A DNA stretch of 64,000 bases from Guillardia theta CCMP2712 (taxonomy: Eukaryota; Protista; Cryptophyta), in assembly GCF_000315625.1 (NCBI RefSeq), contig NW_005434557.1:50938-114937 (forward strand). Reading direction: 5' to 3'. The stretch's first letter is position 1, and each line of letters opens with the position of its first letter. This document shows positions 57,821 to 64,000 of this stretch, piece by piece. Position numbers and translations under genes: made by a program. The notes below the pieces were generated by a model, which searched no databases, had not been told where the DNA came from, and saw nothing but the letters and a program-made list of their open reading frames with translations.

Positions 57821-58676
57821 ATCTTGTTGAACGTACTCGCGAAGATTCGGACCGCCCTCAGGATCACCCACAAAATAATCCGTCCACACCCTCAAGGCAG
57901 CTGAACTGACAAGATTCGTGCCCGATTCCTTTTAATCCATGAATCGCAAACTTCCATTCTGTTGGTATATCAGTACATGAGTCATCCCCTCTCCTCTCCT
58001 CGCCTCGCCTCGCCTCGCCTCGCCTCGCCTCTCCCCTCCCCTCCTCGCCTCGCCTTCCCCTTACTTCCCCCGCCCTCTCCTCTCCTCTCCTCGTCTCTTC
58101 GCCTCTCCCATGCTCTCCCGCTATCTGCTCTCCTCTCTCCGGGCCTCCACTTCAGTCCGCTCGCTCTCATTTTCATGTCCCCTAATGCGTGACCGTCGGG
58201 GACTGAGTCACTCAGACACTCGAGTCCCGGGGCCCGGCCACACTGTCCGGACCGGCCGGCCGCGGCGGCCGCCCGGCCGGGCCCAGGGGGGGCATCCCGG
58301 CGGTGACGGTGGCAGCTACGACTCATACATGCCCCATAGCCAGTACTCGTGTCTGACGTGAACGCCCAGGCTATCATAGGAGAGGGCAATGTCCGTGACA
58401 CCTTCAAGGGCTGCTCAGCACGGTGGTCCCGCCGGGAGCCTCAGTGTGAGTCCGTCGCCTGCCTCCGATCAGATGCCCGGCGCACTGGCAGCCCCGGTCC
58501 TTGGGCATTCAATGCACACAGCGCACAGCGAGAAGCTGCACAAACACGCGGCCCACGCGAGGGAGGCTGCCATGGGCACATTTGGAGCACGGTACCGTAC
58601 CGCTCGGCGACTCCCGGGCCCGGGCCGGCGGCGGCGGCGCCGGCGAGGTGACCCATCCAGTCAGCCTCCGAGTCAC

Positions 58677-59073
58677 CGCGATTCAGTTCCGGGACTCGAT
58701 CGAGACGGCTGTCTGAAGTTCTCGCAAACCGCGTCCGCGCTCCTGCCTCTTCATGCTCGCGGTGACAGGCTCTGTGAGGAGGACCGTATCGGACCGTCAC
58801 GCGTCACGGGCGGTGTTGGTCTCGGCTGCCGCTGACTCGGAGGCTAGCGAGGAGGACTACCTCGAGCGGTACCGTGTTCCTGTGTCCAGCCTCCCTCCGT
58901 CCGCTGCCCCAGGCGGACCCCCGGGCAACGCCGGCTCCTTGTCGGCGGCTGCCCTTTCTCCGTCCGCGACGCGGCCCGCTTTGTGATGGAATGGGCGGCA
59001 GCGGACGTCTCGACTGACAGTGGTCAGTCGGCTGCCTCCGGGTATCGCGTTCTGCCGCTGCCAGTAAATCCTC
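58677..59073 (+). mobile_element. Internally deleted fragment of the CRE-like element
   Basis: 58677-58765 matches ~60729-60815; 58800-59050 matches ~61760-62006. It ends in CTGCCAGTAAATCCT like the main copy. Confidence 0.8.
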
Positions 59074-59329
59074 CCCCCCACCCCCCACCCCCGGCGCGGC
59101 AGGGCCCGCTGCGCGGTTTTCCTGCTTTCTCTGTTCCATCTCTACCGTTTTTGGACCTCCTCTTTCACATGTGAGCGTTTTCTTGTCATCTCCTCACACC
59201 ATTCGTCGAGTTTCTTCAGGTTCTCCCTGTTTTCATTCAAAAATTTGAATTTTCCTGGCGGTCATCTGCATGCTACTTGGTATCTTGGGCTCTGTCGAGA
59301 CCTCATGGCACTAGGTTTCACTTGTGCTC

Positions 59330-62278
59330 TGTTCTGATCCTCTCCCTTGTACGGTGGGACTGGCATGCGACGCCCTTCCGCTCTGGCTCCAGTGGCTCAA
59401 CCTTGCGGAGTTATCGCAACATTTGGCTCCACTACCTGTCACTGGCATGAGGCGTCGAGACCTACCTTGGGCTTTACGGGCGATACCATGTCGCTCGGCT
59501 CACCCTTCTTTATCTCCAATGGGTTTGTTCAAGCGGAGGCTCTCCCCCAAGTGCCGAACTCCTGCTCGTCGGTCCAGCTTGCGCATCTACCGGCGTTCCT
59601 TCTTTCGACGCTGGGTAGCTCAGGCCCTGAGGCGCAGACTCGGCAGCACTCCTTTCTCTCCTGCTCTGCGTCCTGTATCCGGAGGGAATGCGGTCACCTC
59701 GGCACCTGCAGCCCTCGTCCCTCCCACAGCAGCAGCTGCAGGAGTCGGAGCAGCTACAACCGCCCCAGCAGCCCTCGCGAGGGCGGCGGCAACGGCAGAA
59801 ACAGCAACGGCGGCGGCAACCACATCCGCAGCCGCCGCAGCCGCAGCCGCAGCCGCAGCCGCAGCCGCAGCCGCAGCACCACCGCCACCAGCAGCAACAG
59901 CAGCAGCAGCAGCCGCAGCCGCAGCACCCGCGTCAGCAGCAGCAGCAGCAGCAACGCCAGCGTCAGCAGCAGCGTCCGCGTCAGCAGCAGCAGCAGCAGC
60001 AACACCAGCAACCACCACAGCAGCGACCACAACCGCGCAGGCCGAGGGAGCAGCGGCAGTCCGGCCAATCGTCTCAGGAGTCTGAGCCTGCTCCTCCGCC
60101 GCGACCTACGCTGTCCCTCACCTCTGCGAGCGAGCGCCAAAGACAGTTGGCGATTCATCAGTTCACTGCGGGTGACCTTCATCGGGCGGTACGGACACTA
60201 CTGAGCTCCGGCATCTACAGGGCTGAATCCGGGTTTCGCTGATCTTCTTGCTGAAGCACAAGAGAAGTTCCCTGATGGTGCGTCGCCTGCCTTTGGACGT
60301 GCTTCCGCAGATCATCTCACCCAGCAAGCGCTTGCAATACTGCAGGTGGATTTGACTGACATCCTCGACACCACTAGCCTGATCCAGGCGATGAAGCGCT
60401 ACAGCTCCTTTGCGGGGACCGATGACCAAGGGTGGAGGATTCGGCAACACCTGTCACCCCTTTCTAGTCATCCTGCAGCTTTGAAGCTCTACTGCAAACA
60501 TATCCTCCAAGGGGTCCTTCTTGGCCAAATGCCGGATCTTCGAGTCTTATTCTTGCCCTGTCAGCCATTCGTCGAGGAGGCAGATTTATTCCCCTCTCCA
60601 AGGGAGCTGATAAACCTGGTCTCCGGCCAATTGTCATCGGTTCTGCACACCGTCGACTCGCGACGAAGCTTGCTTTGGCAGGGATTCGCTCATTTCTTGA
60701 CCAGCACTTCCTCTCGTCTCACCCTCGAGCGATTCAGTTCGGACTCGATCGAGACGGCTGTCTGAAGTTCTCGCAAACCGCATCAGCGCTCCTGCCCCTT
60801 CACGCTCGCGGTGATGATGAGGATGTTGTCCGTGTCCGACGGAATGTGATGGATGTCAGCGCGAGCTCGATCCCTCCGTTGCTGCACATCATCTCCAGAC
60901 CTGCAAACGCCGATCCTCCAAGCTTCCCACGGCGCATGACAACCTTACTCGTACGATTCGGTCGATGCTGAACGAAGCTGGTCTTCAGAGCGTCATCGAT
61001 ACAGTGGGGGATCCTCGTTCTCGACGGCAGGTACCCTCCCATCCTCATGGCCGCAAGATGAAGGGCGATATCCACATTCCTGGAATCCGCGATCGAGGGT
61101 CCGAGCAGTACGAGGGCTTGATGGCGGACGTGACGTTGGTCCACCCTTACATTGGTAGCTCTGCCGACCTGACCAAGTGGGGGGAGGTCAACCTCGACGC
61201 CCTCCATGTTGCAGCGTCTGAGAAGATTCGCAAACATCGCGCTGCATATGCCATGACTACTCCTCCTCGAGCGTTCATCCCTCTTGCCATCTCGACGGAC
61301 GGTACCCTGCATCCTGACACCCTCCGCTTCATCCGGTATCTCGCGGACATCATTGCTCAGCGCTCAATGCCTCTTGAGGATGCGGCGTTTGGTCGGCACT
61401 TCGTGCCTGATGACGGACCTGCTGCTGAGGTCTTGGCTCGCAAACGCGCCGCCACCTATCAGCGCCTCACCATGCAGCTGACGCTGGAAGCGCTCTTGCC
61501 TGGTGCGAGGCGCATGACGCCCTTGCGGGCGCAAGCACTTCTCGAGCCAGAGGACAGCTCCTCCTCGGACTTTGTCGAGTCGCCCGAGGAGTCTTCGCCG
61601 GAGGTCTCCGACTCCGATGGGGTACACCCTTCGAGTGGCCCCGACGATCGGCGCGGAGCTGGCGAGGCGTCTCCGTCCCTCACTGTGACGTCGGGTGCCT
61701 CCGGAGAGCTCGACACCACTGGGGTGCTTGCTGCCTCCCCGGCATCGGTCGGGTCACGCCGCCGTCACGGGCGGCTACCACTGACTCGGCTACCGCTGAC
61801 TCGGAGGCTAGCGAGGAGGACTACCTCGAGCGGTACCGTGTTCCTGTGTCCAGCCTCCCGGCTCCGTCCGCTGCCCCAGGCGGACCCCCGGGCAACGCCG
61901 GCTCCTTGTCGGCGGCTGCCCTTTCTCCGTCCGCGGCCGCCCGCTTTGTGGCGGCAGCGGACGTCTCGACTGACAGTGGTCAGTCGGCTGCCTCCGGGTA
62001 TCGCGTCTAAGGGATTTTATTCCTCCTGCTTGCTCCTGCTGCTTGTTGCTTGATTGCTTGACCCTTAGGCTGCTTGTCTGCGCGGCTTCGCGCTTGGGCT
62101 GGCGCTGCCGCGTCTGGGTGCCAGCAGTGCTGGTTCTTTTCGGGCTTGTGTTTTGTGTGTGATTGTGCAGCTTCTCGCTGTGGACTGTGTGCCTGCCGGT
62201 TCAGCTTGTTCCTGCTTTGTTTTGCTTGAGGCACTTTTTACCTTCTGCCAGTAAATCCTGTACTGACTCGGAGGCTAG
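59330..62278 (+). mobile_element. CRE-like non-LTR retroelement with restriction-like endonuclease (RLE); RT core absent; frameshifted
   Basis: Pre-RT motifs AGDLHRAVRTLLSSG and AGTDDQGWRIRQHL; zinc knuckle CDGCQRELDPSVAAHHLQTC..AHDNL in frame with ORF 60965-62053; RLE motifs KGDI..ADVTLVHP..A..EKIRKH..FIPLAISTDGTL..FIRYLA. No YxDD-containing RT core seen. Confidence 0.75.
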
Positions 62279-62573
62279 NNNNNNNNNNNNNNNNNNNNNN
62301 NNNNNNNNNNNNNNNNNNNNNNNNNNNNNNNNNNNNNNNNNNNNNNNNNNNNNNNNNNNNNNNNNNNNNNNNNNNNNNNNNNNNNNNNNNNNNNNNNNNN
62401 NNNNNNNNNNNNNNNNNNNNNNNNNNNNNNNNNNNNNNNNNNNNNNNNNNNNNNNNNNNNNNNNNNNNNNNNNNNNNNNNNNNNNNNNNNNNNNNNNNNN
62501 NNNNNNNNNNNNNNNNNNNNNNNNNNNNNNNNNNNNNNNNNNNNNNNNNNNNNNNNNNNNNNNNNNNNNNNNN

Positions 62574-64000
62574 AGCAGGAACAAGCTAAACCTCCTGGCA
62601 CACAGCGCACAGCGAGAAGCTGCACAATCACAAGCATGAACAAGCTGAACCGGCAGGCACACAGTCCACAGCGAGAAGCTGCACAATCACACACAAAACA
62701 CAAGCCCGAAAAGAACCAGCACTGCTGGCACCCAGACGCGGCAGCGCCAGCCCAAGCGCGAAGCCGCGCAGACCGTACCGACAAGCAGCCTAAGGGTCAA
62801 GCAATCAAGCAACAAGCTTGTTCATGCTTTGTTTTGCTTGAGGCACTTTTTACCTTCTGCCAGTAAATCCTATACTAACAAGCAGCAGGAGCATGCAGGA
62901 GGAATAAATCCCTAGACTGATTCCGGAGGCAGCCGACTGACACGTCAGTCGAGACGTCCGCTGCCGCCACAAAGCGGGCGGCCGCGGACGGAGAAAGGGC
63001 AGCCGCCGACAAGAAGCCGGCGTTGCCCGGGAGTCCGCCTGGGCAGCGGACGGAGGGAGGCTGGACACAGGAACACGGTACCGCTCGAGGTAGTCCTCCT
63101 CGCTAGCCCGTGACGGCGGCGACGCCGCGGCAATGCCCAAGGACCGGCGTGACCCGACCGATGCCGGGGAGGAAGCAGGCGAGCTCGGACCAGCAGCAAG
63201 CACCCCAGTGGTGTCGAGCTCTCCGGAGGCACCCGACGTCACAGTGAGGGACGGAGACGCCTCGCCAGCTCCGCGCCGATCGTCGGGGCCACTCGAAGGG
63301 TGTACCCCATCGGAGTCGGAGACCTCCGGCGAAGACTCCTCGGGCGACTCGACAAAGTCCGAGGAGGAGCTGTCCTCTGGCTCGAGAAGTGCTTGCGCCC
63401 GCAAGGGCGTCATGCGCCTCGCACCAGACAAGAGCGCTTCCAGCGTCAGCTGCATAGTGAGGCGCTGATAGGTGGCGGCGCGTTTGCGAGCCAAGACCTC
63501 AGCAGCAGGTCCGTCATCAGGCACGAAGTGCCGACCAAACGCCGCATCCTCAAGAGGCATTGAGCGCTGAGCAATGATGTCCGCGAGATACCAGATGAAG
63601 CGGAGGGTGTCAGGATGCAGGGTACCGTCCGTCGAGATGGCAAGAGGGATGAACGCTCGAGGAGGAGTAGTCATGGCATATGCAGCGCGATGTTTGCGAA
63701 TCTTCTCAGACGCTGCAACATGGAGGGCGTCGAGGTTGACCTCCCCCCACTTGGTCAGGTCGGCAGAGCTACCAATGTAAGGGTGGACCAACGTCACGTC
63801 CGCCATCAAGCCCTCGTACTGCTCGGACCCTCGATCGCGGATTCCAGGAATGTGGATATCGCCCTTCATCTTGCGGCCATGAGGATGGGAGGGTACCTGC
63901 CGTCGAGAACGAGGATCCCCCACTGTATCGATTACGCTCTGAAGACCAGCTTCGTTCAGCATCGACCGAATCGTACGAGTAAGGTGTCATGCGCCGTGGA
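62574..64000 (-). mobile_element. Second, inverted copy of the CRE-like element (runs off the window)
   Basis: ORF 62850-63962 is nearly identical to 60965-62053 over the RLE region; the 3' UTR pieces are rearranged around 62574-62875. Confidence 0.85.

Noticed and set aside
59620-60242. Stand-alone polyQ/polyA protein
   Set aside because: The CAG/CCG tract is open in most frames and is embedded in retroelement-derived sequence.
1-64000. tRNA, rRNA or snRNA genes
   Set aside because: None recognised by eye; a covariance-model scan (tRNAscan-SE/Infernal) would be needed to exclude them.

Overview
Eukaryotic nuclear DNA with 8 N-gaps, many short (~40-55 nt) GT/GC-AG introns and other introns swollen by microsatellites. 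The style suggests a cryptophyte alga such as Guillardia theta (inference only). Most ORF-track entries are exon fragments or SSR artefacts, so gene models were rebuilt by hand from splice sites. Recognisable genes in order: PPR protein (+), Erf4/GOLGA7-like (-), large helical/coiled-coil hypothetical (+), HIG1/Rcf1-domain (-), ENOD93/Rcf2-N-like (+), polycystin-2-like channel (-), SAP+CCHC+Kelch protein (+), BTB-TLDc-BTB-TLDc (+), a head-to-head inverted pair of TIR-like/SAM-like/6TM/RelA-SpoT-like nucleotidyltransferase genes, an RluA-family pseudouridine synthase (-, apparently truncated), an RWP-RK transcription factor (-), a 61-aa highly codon-biased protein (-), several hypotheticals, and a cluster of CRE-like (restriction-like endonuclease) non-LTR retroelement copies with no visible RT core. 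Best candidates for new biology: (1) the duplicated membrane receptor-enzyme joining a TIR-like domain to an alarmone-synthetase-like domain, whose two copies differ almost only at the N-terminus and in two outward-facing loops; (2) an 18-bp minisatellite that splices in frame onto the Kelch gene as ~50 x YSPRSS, resembling the RNA Pol II CTD; (3) the two halves of yeast Rcf2 apparently present as neighbouring divergent genes; (4) a recurring ~30-bp intergenic motif. All domain calls come from motif recognition by eye; no searches were run.
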